From a virus (lineage: Duplodnaviria; Caudoviricetes), in the IMG/VR virus record IMGVR_UViG_3300043416_000201, positions 1 to 56,405 of that record: DNA of 56,405 bases. One strand, written 5' to 3'. The notes beneath the pieces are model-generated. The model worked only from the letters and a program-made list of their open reading frames with translations, made no database searches and had not been told where the DNA came from. Position numbers and translations under genes: made by a program. How positions within the stretch are numbered: position 1 is the stretch's first letter; every line of letters starts with the position of its first letter. Shown here piece by piece: positions 1 through 8,689 of the stretch.

Positions 1-25
1 CCGAAAAACAAGGATGACCGTTCCC

Positions 26-214
26 TCAAAGAGAGGGGGCGGGGGTGAGGCGTAGCTTGATGAGCACACCTTGGGCGTAGAGTGAGCAGGCTTGCTCAAA
101 TTCTTCGGGATTTGTACTCGGGTCTATGCGCGGCAGAGTTTCCTCAAGCAAGTGCATGATGCCCTCGGCTTGGCGCAAGGCTCGCGCCCTTTGTTCGGGT
201 GTTGGTTTGTTCAT
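26..214 (-). CDS. Hypothetical protein (62 aa)
   Basis: ORF with AGGAG RBS, in tandem with neighbouring early genes. Confidence 0.7.
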   Translation of the reverse strand: MNKPTPEQRARALRQAEGIMHLLEETLPRIDPSTNPEEFEQACSLYAQGVLIKLRLTPAPSL

Positions 215-218
215 GTTG

Positions 219-440
219 TTAGCTCCTGTTTGCTTGGCGCACCATCACCTCAGCCATGCGTATGGCGTTTTCGCGTTTCAGGTACCAGTTTGAGGTGTTG
301 AAGTCTTTCCCGTTGTAGGGCACATACGCTATGCCCTGATACCACGGCTCGGCCCCCATTTGCTTCGACTTCATGGTGCGTACCGCACACACCGTGTTCT
401 GATACGCGAACAGCTCAAGCTCGTCTATGTCTTCTGTCAT
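219..440 (-). CDS. Hypothetical protein (73 aa)
   Basis: Strong RBS GAGGAGG; ATGA overlap with upstream ORF. Confidence 0.75.
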   Translation of the reverse strand: MTEDIDELELFAYQNTVCAVRTMKSKQMGAEPWYQGIAYVPYNGKDFNTSNWYLKRENAIRMAEVMVRQANRS

Positions 441-598
441 GACGACACCTCCTCTCGTGCCATTGGTCGCCCTGTCTGGTTGGCTAGGGTTAAGAGCACC
501 GCCGTTGCGAACTCGTCGAAGTCCTTGTCGCTCATGCCTACGGGCTGATGCAGGGTTGCGATGGTGTGGTCGTTGTCACGGATGATTACTGTTTTCAT
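437..598 (-). CDS. Hypothetical protein (53 aa, MKTVIIRDNDHT...)
   Basis: Read manually; AGGAG RBS; stop overlaps next start (ATGA). Confidence 0.7.
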   Translation of the reverse strand: MKTVIIRDNDHTIATLHQPVGMSDKDFDEFATAVLLTLANQTGRPMAREEVSS

Positions 599-619
599 TT
601 GCTTTCTCCTTTGTGCAAT

Positions 620-636
620 GCGGACACCATGTCCGC
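620..636. promoter_or_regulatory. Palindromic operator-like site GCGGACA-N3-TGTCCGC (copy 1)
   Basis: gcggaca cca tgtccgc, intergenic; motif recurs at 1977, 2288 and 2610. Confidence 0.65.
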
Positions 637-649
637 ATTTGTTGCTCTG

Positions 650-1612
650 TTAAATGTCGTCAGCCAAGCTACTGTCGTAGGCCTCGGCGGGTGTCTGTTG
701 TTTGGGCGGTACGTACGGCTTGCCATACTTTGCGAGACGCGTTGCGGGGGATTCAATCGGCGCTTCGAGGTGTTTTGTGCGGGTTCGCTCGTTAAACAGG
801 GGGCGCGGTGGCACGTCTTTCAGGTGGGGTGTCGGCGGCGTGTCAATGAACGTGGGTGCCGTAGGCAGGGCGTGATTGTTCTTGGCCAACCACTTAATGC
901 GAGCGTTCAACTCGTCATTGGGCTTGCTGTGCTTGTAAAGATTCGCCTCGGGGTTGTATCGGTAGCCCACCATTCGAGGCATCCCGCCCGCCGTGCGCTC
1001 GTCAAGCGGCATAGCCTCCCACAACTGCACGAGGTCGTGCTGGATGTCTTCAGGCACGTACTCCTCCCACTTCGTGTACTTGGGGCGGTGCGGTTTCTGT
1101 CTGAACTCATACTTGAGGCGGGTCAATTCTTTGCGTAGGGCGGTGGCGTACACCTCGTAGAACTTCATCTTGGTTAGCGCCTTACGTTTGCGGTGGTAAG
1201 AGGCCTTGCCGTTCGAGCCCTCGATGTCCTTCTGCATACCTTTCCAAAGCGGTTCCCATGCGTCAGCCCACACCTCATGCCAACGCTCAACTCGGGCACG
1301 TTTACGCAGTAGGTTCGCATCCTTCTTGTGTTGGGCAATACGCGCCTTGGCGATAGCAACGGGCAAATCACCTGTTGCCGCCTTCTGTCGGAGCTCTTTG
1401 TTGGTGAGCTGACTAAACGGTTTTCGCTTCGGTCGGCACTCAACACACACCTTGCCCTCGGCGGTGACGAGCACGTTTCCTGCGTAGCCCTGCTGTTTTG
1501 ACTGCGCTCGGGTGAGTTTGTACCGAAAGGCGGCGAGGGGTTTGGTTGCTTTGCACTTGGTGCAAGCCTTGGTCAGCACAAGTTTGTTAGTGCTATCGTA
1601 TTCATTCTGCAT
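650..1612 (-). CDS. Hypothetical basic protein with N-terminal CxxC...CxxC Zn finger (320 aa)
   Basis: CTKC...CVEC; AAGGA RBS before ATG 1612 (MQNEYD). Confidence 0.75.
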   Translation of the reverse strand: MQNEYDSTNKLVLTKACTKCKATKPLAAFRYKLTRAQSKQQGYAGNVLVTAEGKVCVECRPKRKPFSQLTNKELRQKAATGDLPVAIAKARIAQHKKDANLLRKRARVERWHEVWADAWEPLWKGMQKDIEGSNGKASYHRKRKALTKMKFYEVYATALRKELTRLKYEFRQKPHRPKYTKWEEYVPEDIQHDLVQLWEAMPLDERTAGGMPRMVGYRYNPEANLYKHSKPNDELNARIKWLAKNNHALPTAPTFIDTPPTPHLKDVPPRPLFNERTRTKHLEAPIESPATRLAKYGKPYVPPKQQTPAEAYDSSLADDI

Positions 1613-1638
1613 AGATGTGTTCCTTTCGCTGTGCAGGG

Positions 1639-1917
1639 ATACCCACTGTTCAGGGCGCGATGACGTTACTAGATGCCTACCATTTTGCCCTTTGTTTATG
1701 CGGGTTTCGGGTGCATCATACACCCAATACACTTCGTTTTGAAAAAAGCTAACAGCCGAGCCGCCCAAAGCACACCCACCAAAACCTGTATATATATATC
1801 TTTATAGAAAGGTAGTTATATATATATGTACTGTTGGAACGTGTTGGGCCAACGCTAGTATCCATGCGGGTTACAAGACGCCCAGCAGTACCGCACTACG
1901 CCCTGAACAGTGGGTAT
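1639..1917. repeat. Non-coding element bounded by perfect 19-bp inverted repeats with central (TA)n tracts; possible origin or regulatory locus
   Basis: ATACCCACTGTTCAGGGCG at 1639-1657 and its reverse complement at 1899-1917; TA runs at 1789-1799 and 1817-1827. Confidence 0.7.
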
Positions 1918-1976
1918 TCTCTTTTTTACAACAGAATGGGGTTCTCCACAACGTATTACAGAGAACCCCTTGGTTT

Positions 1977-1993
1977 GCGGACAAGTTGTCCGC
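1977..1993. promoter_or_regulatory. Palindromic operator-like site (copy 2)
   Basis: gcggaca agt tgtccgc, just after the stop of ORF 2001-2189. Confidence 0.65.
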
Positions 1994-2000
1994 ATCGTCG

Positions 2001-2189
2001 TCACTTGCACAGGCGGCGTTGGCTCATGGGTTTGACGCCTAGCTTGACCAGCTCCCATGTCATGTCCGCTTCTTCTGCCCTGCGGCGTGCCTCGTTGCGG
2101 CGTGTGTTGTTGCGTGCTATCTCTGCGAACTCGGCGCGGAGTACGCGCAGCTTGGCGAGGTGGATTTCTTTGATTGATGTGTTCTTCAT
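2001..2189 (-). CDS. Hypothetical protein (62 aa)
   Basis: GGAG RBS 8 nt before ATG (MKNTSIKE). Confidence 0.7.
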   Translation of the reverse strand: MKNTSIKEIHLAKLRVLRAEFAEIARNNTRRNEARRRAEEADMTWELVKLGVKPMSQRRLCK

Positions 2190-2287
2190 GATGGGTTCTC
2201 CAAAAGATGTTTGTGGTTGGTTTTGCGTGATTGACACGAATCGGAATAACGGCGAACCCTCCCGCTCTCGCCGTTCCGAAAAAACTC

Positions 2288-2304
2288 GCGGACAAACTGT
2301 CCGC
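2288..2304. promoter_or_regulatory. Palindromic operator-like site (copy 3)
   Basis: gcggaca aac tgtccgc, immediately after the stop of ORF 2306-2677. Confidence 0.65.
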
Positions 2305-2305
2305 A

Positions 2306-2677
2306 TTAGATGCTTGCCAAGAAGCGGCGCTGCTCAGCCTTGCTCAAAGTGCCAAACTTCTTGACGAGCGCAGCAACTGGGTCTGCCTTGTTTGCCGTTG
2401 CGGCTTTGCTTGGCAGGTCTGCGCTTGGGAAACACACTTGCAACACACGGTTCATGGCCTTCTCTGCCGCACTGTCGCGTGGGAGTTTGTCGCCGCGTGT
2501 GCCTTGCTCGATAGTCACGCCGTATTTCTCCGCCGCCCACTTCATCGCAAAGGGTTTGGCCATAGCGCGTGACGCAATGCCGAGCTTGAGCAGTCGCTCT
2601 GTGAAGTTCGCGGACTTGTTGTCCGCATCGGTGAACACAGCGTTGATGGCTTTGGTGTTGATTGTGAAAGTATTCAT
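2306..2677 (-). CDS. Hypothetical early protein (123 aa)
   Basis: GGAG RBS before ATG (MNTFTINT); first gene of the leftward operon. Confidence 0.8.
   Translation of the reverse strand: MNTFTINTKAINAVFTDADNKSANFTERLLKLGIASRAMAKPFAMKWAAEKYGVTIEQGTRGDKLPRDSAAEKAMNRVLQVCFPSADLPSKAATANKADPVAALVKKFGTLSKAEQRRFLASI
2610..2626. promoter_or_regulatory. Palindromic operator-like site (copy 4, one mismatch, intragenic)
   Basis: gcggact tgt tgtccgc. Confidence 0.5.
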
Positions 2678-2751
2678 GATGTAAAGCTCCAATAAAAAAC
2701 CCTGCGACTGGCAGGGCAACAGATACAGCAAGGGTCTTGATGTATGACTCT

Positions 2752-2760
2752 ATTGTAGCA
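2752..2760 (-). promoter_or_regulatory. Putative extended -10 promoter for the leftward early operon
   Basis: Minus strand TG-C-TACAAT about 75 nt upstream of ATG 2677. Confidence 0.45.
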
Positions 2761-3073
2761 CAACACGTTATAGAGAACCCTTGACACGGCAGAATGGCTA
2801 ACGGCAGACCCCACCGTGGGGGTACAGCCCCTTTATGGCGGCGAGGTTACGTTGTCGTATGAACACTGTTGTGCGGCCGCTTGGAGTATTTTGAACAATC
2901 TTTGCAAAAATTCACTTGTTTGTTATCCCGAGGTCCAGATAATTAAATAAGGAACACCCCGCGAACCCGGTATTAAAGCCAAACAGGGAAAACTTTATTA
3001 ACTTGCGGCACACCCCACCCCCAAAAATTTCTAGAAAATTTGAAAAAACCTCGTGTCAAACGCTGTACACTGC

Positions 3074-3189
3074 GGGCGTTGGTGAGGTAGTCGCTAGGCC
3101 CATAGCCTAGAAAGACGCCGTGAATATTGTTCTACCTCCGCTGTTCCGTCGGAGCCCGCGCTCAAAAATGAACGGAACCACCAACACCC
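3074..3189 (-). ncRNA. Candidate multi-stem structured RNA
   Basis: 11-bp closing stem (3074-3084/3179-3189) enclosing further helices; plus-strand mismatches become G-U pairs on the minus strand. Confidence 0.45.
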
Positions 3190-3192
3190 CAT

Positions 3193-3222
3193 AAAAAAAC
3201 CCCAGCCATTTCTGACTGGGGT
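3193..3222 (-). terminator. Rho-independent terminator
   Basis: ACCCCAGTCA-GAAA-TGGCTGGGGT followed by a T run on the minus strand. Confidence 0.7.
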
Positions 3223-3340
3223 GGAAGAGGCCCGAAGGCCCATAGGAGAAGCAATGGCTTGCACCAGAGCGGAAGTGAGTGTACACTCGCACCCAGAATC
3301 ACACAACACCCCGCTGATCCGGCGCTAACAGGAGCTTTAG

Positions 3341-3940
3341 TTGTTTGAACATTTGGTGCAATTTGAACTGGGGAACACCGACCCAGAGTTTGTAGAGCTC
3401 GATGACGCAGAGCCGGGTGAAGTCCTGTCTGCGCAACACAAGACAGTCGAGTGGCTAGAAGAACTGGGCGTGCGCCCAGATGACGTACAAGATCGCGAGC
3501 AGCAGACCGCTGCGGCACGTGAGGCGTTTGGGTCCCTGACGACCAACGCAGACAATCAAGATCAGTTGGCTGATCTTATTCAGATTAAGACCCCAGAGGC
3601 CGTGCGCCACCTGACGGGCATGCTGGCCGCCTACGACTGGGAGTTCGTGCAGCAGGCCAAAGAGATTCGCGGCTACGCCGTGGCACAGTTGATCGAGGAA
3701 ACCAAGTCCTCCAACGCCAACATCCGACTCAAAGCCTTGGGCCTTTTGGGCAAAGTCACGGAAGTGGGCCTGTTCACCGACAAGGTCGAAATCAAAAAGA
3801 CAGAACTCAGCGATGCTGAGATCGACGCCAAGATCAAAGAGAAGCTCAACCGCTTCATGGGCGTCATTGACGTGGTCGATGTAAGCGACGTGTCAGAAAA
3901 CTCCAACGATGAACCTAAACAGCCTGACCAGCCTGAGTAA
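3341..3940 (+). CDS. Putative terminase small subunit (199 aa)
   Basis: AGGAG RBS with TTG start; directly upstream of and overlapping TerL; RLKALGLLGK motif typical of TerS-like proteins. Confidence 0.65.
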   Translation: MFEHLVQFELGNTDPEFVELDDAEPGEVLSAQHKTVEWLEELGVRPDDVQDREQQTAAAREAFGSLTTNADNQDQLADLIQIKTPEAVRHLTGMLAAYDWEFVQQAKEIRGYAVAQLIEETKSSNANIRLKALGLLGKVTEVGLFTDKVEIKKTELSDAEIDAKIKEKLNRFMGVIDVVDVSDVSENSNDEPKQPDQPE

Positions 3941-5450
3941 AGCAGAACTGCTTGCTCTTCAAAAGGCACTCCCCACCATGACGGTGGCGGAGAAGATCGA
4001 GCTTTTCGACATGCTTGAGGTTCGGGAGCGCCGCGCCAGCCTGAAGGCGGCCAGTTCTGGCATGTTGGGGTTCGCCAACGCGGTGTACCCGGGGTTCAAA
4101 GTGGGGCCGCACCACCGCAAGCTGGCCAAAATCTTCGAGGATGTGATCGCCGGCAAGAAAAAGCGCGTCATCATCAACATCGCACCCCGTATGGGCAAGT
4201 CGGAGTTCAGCTCCTACCTGTTCCCAGCCTACTTTTTGGGCAAATTCCCCGAGAAGAAGATCATCATGGGCACCCACACCGCGGGTTTGTCAGAAGACTT
4301 CGGCCGCCGGGTGCGGAACTTGATCGACTCGGAGGAATATGCTGAGGTTTTCCCAACTACGAACGTGGCCGCAGACCAAAAGGCTGCTGGTAAATGGTCT
4401 ACAAGCGCTGGCGGTCAGTACTATGCTGCTGGTGTCGGCGGTGCTCTTGCTGGCCGTGGTGCTGACTTGTTCGTTATTGACGACCCTCACTCGGAACAGG
4501 ACGTAAAGACCAACTCGCGGCTCGCGTTTGACACGGCGTGGTCGTGGTTTCAGACTGGCCCGTTGCAGCGTTTGATGCCGGGCGGCGCGATCATCGTCAT
4601 CATGACCCGTTGGTCCCTGCTTGACCTGACTGGTCGGCTTATTGACTACCAGACCAAGAATCCCGAGGCTGTGCCATGGGAGATCGTGGAGCTGCCGGCG
4701 ATTCTGAACGAGGACTCCGAGGACGAGAAGTCTTTGTGGCCGGAGCAGTGGCCACTGCATGCGCTGAAGCAGGCGAAAGCGTCGATGGACCCCCAGTACT
4801 GGAACGCCCAGTACATGCAGCAGCCCACGTCCAACAATGCGGCGATCGTGTCGCGGAAGTCTTGGAGAATCTGGACGGCCGACGAGCCGCCACGGTGCGA
4901 CTACATCATTCAGAGCTGGGATACGGCCTTTGAAGCCAAGACCCGTTCTGACTATTCCGCGTGCACAACGTGGGGTGTTTGGTACAACGAGGAGGAGGGC
5001 AACGTCCCTCAGTTGATCCTGTTGGACGCGTTCAAGGACCGCATGGAGTTCCCAGAACTGAAGGCCGTGGCGCTGAAACACTACAAAGAGTGGGAGCCAG
5101 ACGCGTTCGTGATCGAGAAGAAAGCCGCCGGCGCACCGCTCATCCAAGAGCTGCGCAACATGGGAATCTTTGTTCAAGAATTTACACCGAGCCGCGGAAA
5201 CGATAAGATCGTGCGGGTTAATGCGGTAGCGGACTTGTTTAGTTCAGGGAAGGTGTGGGCTCCGGACACTAGGTGGGCCAGAGAAGTTATTGAAGAGGTG
5301 GCGTCTTTTCCTAATGGAGAGAACGACGACTTTGTTGATACAATGTCGCAAGCCTTGTTGCGGTTTCGCCAAGGCGGTTTTATTCCATTGGACAGCGATG
5401 AGAAAGAAGAACTTCAATTCTTCAGACGAAAGACCCATGCTTACTACTGA
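3909..5450 (+). CDS. terL: Terminase large subunit (513 aa)
   Basis: Walker A-like NIAPRMGKSE, Walker B LFVIDDPH, coupling motif MTRW, nuclease SWDTA...DYSA...NDDFVD. Confidence 0.95.
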   Translation: MNLNSLTSLSKAELLALQKALPTMTVAEKIELFDMLEVRERRASLKAASSGMLGFANAVYPGFKVGPHHRKLAKIFEDVIAGKKKRVIINIAPRMGKSEFSSYLFPAYFLGKFPEKKIIMGTHTAGLSEDFGRRVRNLIDSEEYAEVFPTTNVAADQKAAGKWSTSAGGQYYAAGVGGALAGRGADLFVIDDPHSEQDVKTNSRLAFDTAWSWFQTGPLQRLMPGGAIIVIMTRWSLLDLTGRLIDYQTKNPEAVPWEIVELPAILNEDSEDEKSLWPEQWPLHALKQAKASMDPQYWNAQYMQQPTSNNAAIVSRKSWRIWTADEPPRCDYIIQSWDTAFEAKTRSDYSACTTWGVWYNEEEGNVPQLILLDAFKDRMEFPELKAVALKHYKEWEPDAFVIEKKAAGAPLIQELRNMGIFVQEFTPSRGNDKIVRVNAVADLFSSGKVWAPDTRWAREVIEEVASFPNGENDDFVDTMSQALLRFRQGGFIPLDSDEKEELQFFRRKTHAYY

Positions 5451-6021
5451 TTTGATGAACCTCCCCCGCACGCGTGCCGCTGCTGCTGCGCAGGGCAGTA
5501 CGTTGTATTTTACAAACAAAGCCTGCCATAAAGGGCATCTCCGACACCGCTACACCGCGTCGGGTACTTGCGCGGGGTGCGCGTATGTGCGTTACAAAGA
5601 AGTTGGCGCGGGGTACGTGAGTCCCGAAAGCCGTACGTTGACAAACAAAAAATGGAACGCCAGCAACAAAGCTGCGGAGGCTAAGGCGAAGTGGAAACAA
5701 AAAGACCCCAAACGAGCGTGGGCTACGTACGCAGTGTCAGGTGCAAAGCAGCGGGCATATAAAACAGGTGTGCCGTTTGACTTGAGCAATGCGTTCGTGC
5801 GTAGCATAATCCCCGATGTGTGCCCCGTCTTTAAGACCCCCTTTACTTTTATTGGCGGTAAAAAGATGCGCCTTGACAGCCCGACGCTTGATCGAATTAG
5901 ACCGGAGCTCGGCTACGTTGTAGGCAATGTGGCTGTTATTTCTGCGAAAGCAAACGCCATTAAAAGCAGCGCGACCGTAGATGAAATTCAAGCAGTAGCC
6001 GACTGGCTGCGAAACTATTAA
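5437..6021 (+). CDS. Free-standing HNH-type homing endonuclease (194 aa)
   Basis: YFTNKACHKGH...R....GTCAGC Zn motif; CPVF...SPTLDRIRPELGYVVGNVAVISAKANAIK nuclease motif; sits between terL and portal. Confidence 0.8.
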   Translation: MLTTDLMNLPRTRAAAAAQGSTLYFTNKACHKGHLRHRYTASGTCAGCAYVRYKEVGAGYVSPESRTLTNKKWNASNKAAEAKAKWKQKDPKRAWATYAVSGAKQRAYKTGVPFDLSNAFVRSIIPDVCPVFKTPFTFIGGKKMRLDSPTLDRIRPELGYVVGNVAVISAKANAIKSSATVDEIQAVADWLRNY

Positions 6022-6029
6022 GGACCACC

Positions 6030-8486
6030 ATGGCCATCGACAAATCCCTGTACCAAGCCCCCGTGGGCATCGACGCCCTCTCTCAAGACGAAGAGGCAAT
6101 TGAAATCGAGATCGTTGATCCCGAAGAAGTCAACATCCACGCGGGTGACTTGGAGCTGAGCATCATGCCCGGTGAAGACGAAGACGAGTTCAACATGAAC
6201 TTGGCCGAGGAGATGGACGAAGGCGCGATGCAGAAGTTGGCCGGTGATCTGGCAGGTTCTGTGGACCAAGACAAAGCAAGCCGCAAGGACTGGGAGAAGG
6301 CTTACACCGAGGGTTTAAAGCTTTTGGGGCTTCAGTACGAGGAACGTACAGAACCTTGGAATGGAGCCTCCGGTGTGTTCCACCCCATGATTACCGAGGC
6401 TGTGGTGCGCTTCCAGTCGGAGACCATCACCGAGATGTTCCCAGCCCAAGGGCCGGTGCGCACCAAGATCGTCGGGAAAGAGACACCCGAGAAGAAAGAC
6501 GCCGCGATGCGCGTGCAGGAAGACATGAACTATGAGCTGACAGAGGTCATGCGCGAGTTCCGCCCAGAGCAAGAGCGTATGCTGTGGTCCCTGCCGGCCA
6601 CCGGCTCAGCTTTCAAGAAGGTGTACTTTGACCCGAACCTCGGCCGTCAGGTGTCGATGTTTGTGCCGGCCGAGGACATCATCTTGCCGTACGGCACGAC
6701 CGACATGGACACTTGCTACCGCCTGACCCACGTCATGCGCAAGACCGAGAACGAGATCAAGAAGCTCCAGCAAGCGGGCTTCTACTTGGACATCGAGCTG
6801 GGCGAGGCCACCAAAGAACAAACCGACATCCAGAAAGCCAAGGACAAAGAGACGGGCTTCAGCGACATCGACGACGACCGCTACACGCTCTTGGAGATTC
6901 ACGTGGACTTGGACCTCGAAGGTTACGAGGACGTGAATGGTGACGGAGAAGAGACAGGCATCGCGTTGCCGTACGTGGTGACCATGGTGAAAGGTACGAA
7001 CGACATCTTGGCCATCCGCCGCAACTGGAAGGAAGATGATGAACTGCGACTCAAGCGACAGCACTTCGTGCACTACCAGTACATACCGGGTTTTGGTGCC
7101 TATGGCTTCGGTCTGTTCCATCTCATCGGAGGCTTCGCTAAATCAGCCACATCCATCATGCGTCAGCTTGTGGACGCTGGCACTCTCTCCAACTTGCCGG
7201 GTGGACTCAAGTCTCGTGGCCTTCGTATTAAAGGGGACGACACACCCATCGCCCCCGGCGAGTGGCGCGATGTAGACGTCGGCTCAGGCAACATGCGCGA
7301 CAGCATCTTGCCGCTGCCTTACAAAGAGCCAAGCATGGTGTTGTCTGGCTTGCTGGACAAGATCGTGGAGGAAGGCCGTCGCTTCGCTGCATCCGCAGAC
7401 ATGAAGGTGTCGGACATGTCCGCCCAAGCCCCAGTGGGCACAACTCTGGCAATCCTTGAGCGTCAACTGAAGATCATGACGGCTGTGCAGGCCCGCTTGC
7501 ACTACGCGTTCAAGCAAGAGTTGCGTCTGTTGGCAGTCATCATCAAGGACTACACCGACCCAGACTACGAGTTCCAGCCAGAAGAAGGCAGCCGCACGGC
7601 CAAGCAGTCCGACTACAGCGCGTGCGACATCATCCCAGTGAGCGACCCCAATGCTGCGACCATGTCTCAGCGCGTGGTGCAGTATCAAGCCGTCATCCAG
7701 ATGGCCCAGATGGCTCCTGATATTTATGACCTGCCTCAGTTGCACCGCAACATGTTGGAGGTGTTGGGCATCAAGAACGCCGAGAAGCTCATCCCGTTGG
7801 AAGAGGACATGAAGCCGCAGGACCCAGTGTCCGAAAACCAAGCCGTGCTCAAGTGCGAGCCTGTCAAAGCGTTCCTGTTCCAAGATCATGAGGCGCACAT
7901 CGCGGTGCATATGGCCATGGTCAATGACCCTATGATGCAGCAGCTGATCGGTCAGAACCCCAAGGCCCCTCAAATTCAGGCAGCCTTGATGGCGCACGTA
8001 TCCGAGCACGTTGGTTATGCGTATCGCCAGAAGATCGAGCAACAGCTCGGCATGCCTCTGCCACCCGAAGACGAGAAGCTCCCACCACAGATCGAGCTTG
8101 CTTTGTCCGGCATGATGGCGCAGGCGGCCAATCAAGTGTTGCAGCAGAACCAAGCAGCAGCCGCTCAGCAGCAAGCTGCCCAGCAAGCACAGGACCCTGT
8201 TGTACAAATGCAACAAGCAGAGTTGCAGCTCAAGGCCAAAGAAGTCGAGATCAAGGAACGCAAGATGCAGTCGGACGCTGCACTCGGCGCAGACAAGTTG
8301 CGTTTGGAAGAACGCAAGATTGAGGGTCAAGCAGAACTCGCCGGCCTGAAAGTCGGCGCACAGATTCAGGACAGCCGTGCAAAACAGGCTGCTGAAAACG
8401 AGCGAGAAGGCTTGCGCATGGGTGTGGACATTGCCCGTGACCAGCTCGACCGCGCACAAGGTATAAAAAATTCACAGGAGAAGTGA
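6030..8486 (+). CDS. Portal protein (818 aa)
   Basis: Position after TerL; size; P22-like features including Q-rich coiled-coil C-terminus; GFGAYGFGL motif. Confidence 0.88.
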   Translation: MAIDKSLYQAPVGIDALSQDEEAIEIEIVDPEEVNIHAGDLELSIMPGEDEDEFNMNLAEEMDEGAMQKLAGDLAGSVDQDKASRKDWEKAYTEGLKLLGLQYEERTEPWNGASGVFHPMITEAVVRFQSETITEMFPAQGPVRTKIVGKETPEKKDAAMRVQEDMNYELTEVMREFRPEQERMLWSLPATGSAFKKVYFDPNLGRQVSMFVPAEDIILPYGTTDMDTCYRLTHVMRKTENEIKKLQQAGFYLDIELGEATKEQTDIQKAKDKETGFSDIDDDRYTLLEIHVDLDLEGYEDVNGDGEETGIALPYVVTMVKGTNDILAIRRNWKEDDELRLKRQHFVHYQYIPGFGAYGFGLFHLIGGFAKSATSIMRQLVDAGTLSNLPGGLKSRGLRIKGDDTPIAPGEWRDVDVGSGNMRDSILPLPYKEPSMVLSGLLDKIVEEGRRFAASADMKVSDMSAQAPVGTTLAILERQLKIMTAVQARLHYAFKQELRLLAVIIKDYTDPDYEFQPEEGSRTAKQSDYSACDIIPVSDPNAATMSQRVVQYQAVIQMAQMAPDIYDLPQLHRNMLEVLGIKNAEKLIPLEEDMKPQDPVSENQAVLKCEPVKAFLFQDHEAHIAVHMAMVNDPMMQQLIGQNPKAPQIQAALMAHVSEHVGYAYRQKIEQQLGMPLPPEDEKLPPQIELALSGMMAQAANQVLQQNQAAAAQQQAAQQAQDPVVQMQQAELQLKAKEVEIKERKMQSDAALGADKLRLEERKIEGQAELAGLKVGAQIQDSRAKQAAENEREGLRMGVDIARDQLDRAQGIKNSQEK

Positions 8487-8491
8487 GCTAA

Positions 8492-8689
8492 ATGATCCAA
8501 GACTTCGCACGCGTATTGCGCGAAAAAATACGCACCGACATGAACAACTATGCTGACGACCTCGCAGGCGGGGTTTGTCAGGATTTTGCTCAGTATCAAA
8601 AACTCTGCGGGATGATTCAGGGTCTCGCCACCGCAGAGCGTTACTTACTTGACCTTGTAGAGAAAGTGGAGAAAGCAAATGACGACTGA
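8492..8689 (+). CDS. Hypothetical head-module protein (65 aa)
   Basis: ORF between portal and GroES-like gene; YQKLCGMIQGL. Confidence 0.75.
   Translation: MIQDFARVLREKIRTDMNNYADDLAGGVCQDFAQYQKLCGMIQGLATAERYLLDLVEKVEKANDD

Noticed and set aside
1613-1768. N-terminal extension of the 650-1768 ORF as given in the ORF track
   Set aside because: Better RBS and ATG at 1612; the extension runs through the inverted-repeat element
620-2626. CRISPR mini-array from the palindromic repeats
   Set aside because: Copies are hundreds of bp apart and separated by genes; 17 bp with variable centres
3074-3189. tRNA, tmRNA or SRP RNA gene
   Set aside because: No T-loop GTTCRA, cloverleaf with CCA end, or SRP GGAA loop motif; no tRNA genes seen in the window
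7284-8459. 391-aa antisense ORF in portal (and similar ones at 4290-5177, 30932-31882, 33140-34801, 35144-36370, 38471-39538, 40945-42456)
   Set aside because: Antisense shadows of real genes with biased codon usage; L/V/G-rich, no motifs, no RBS
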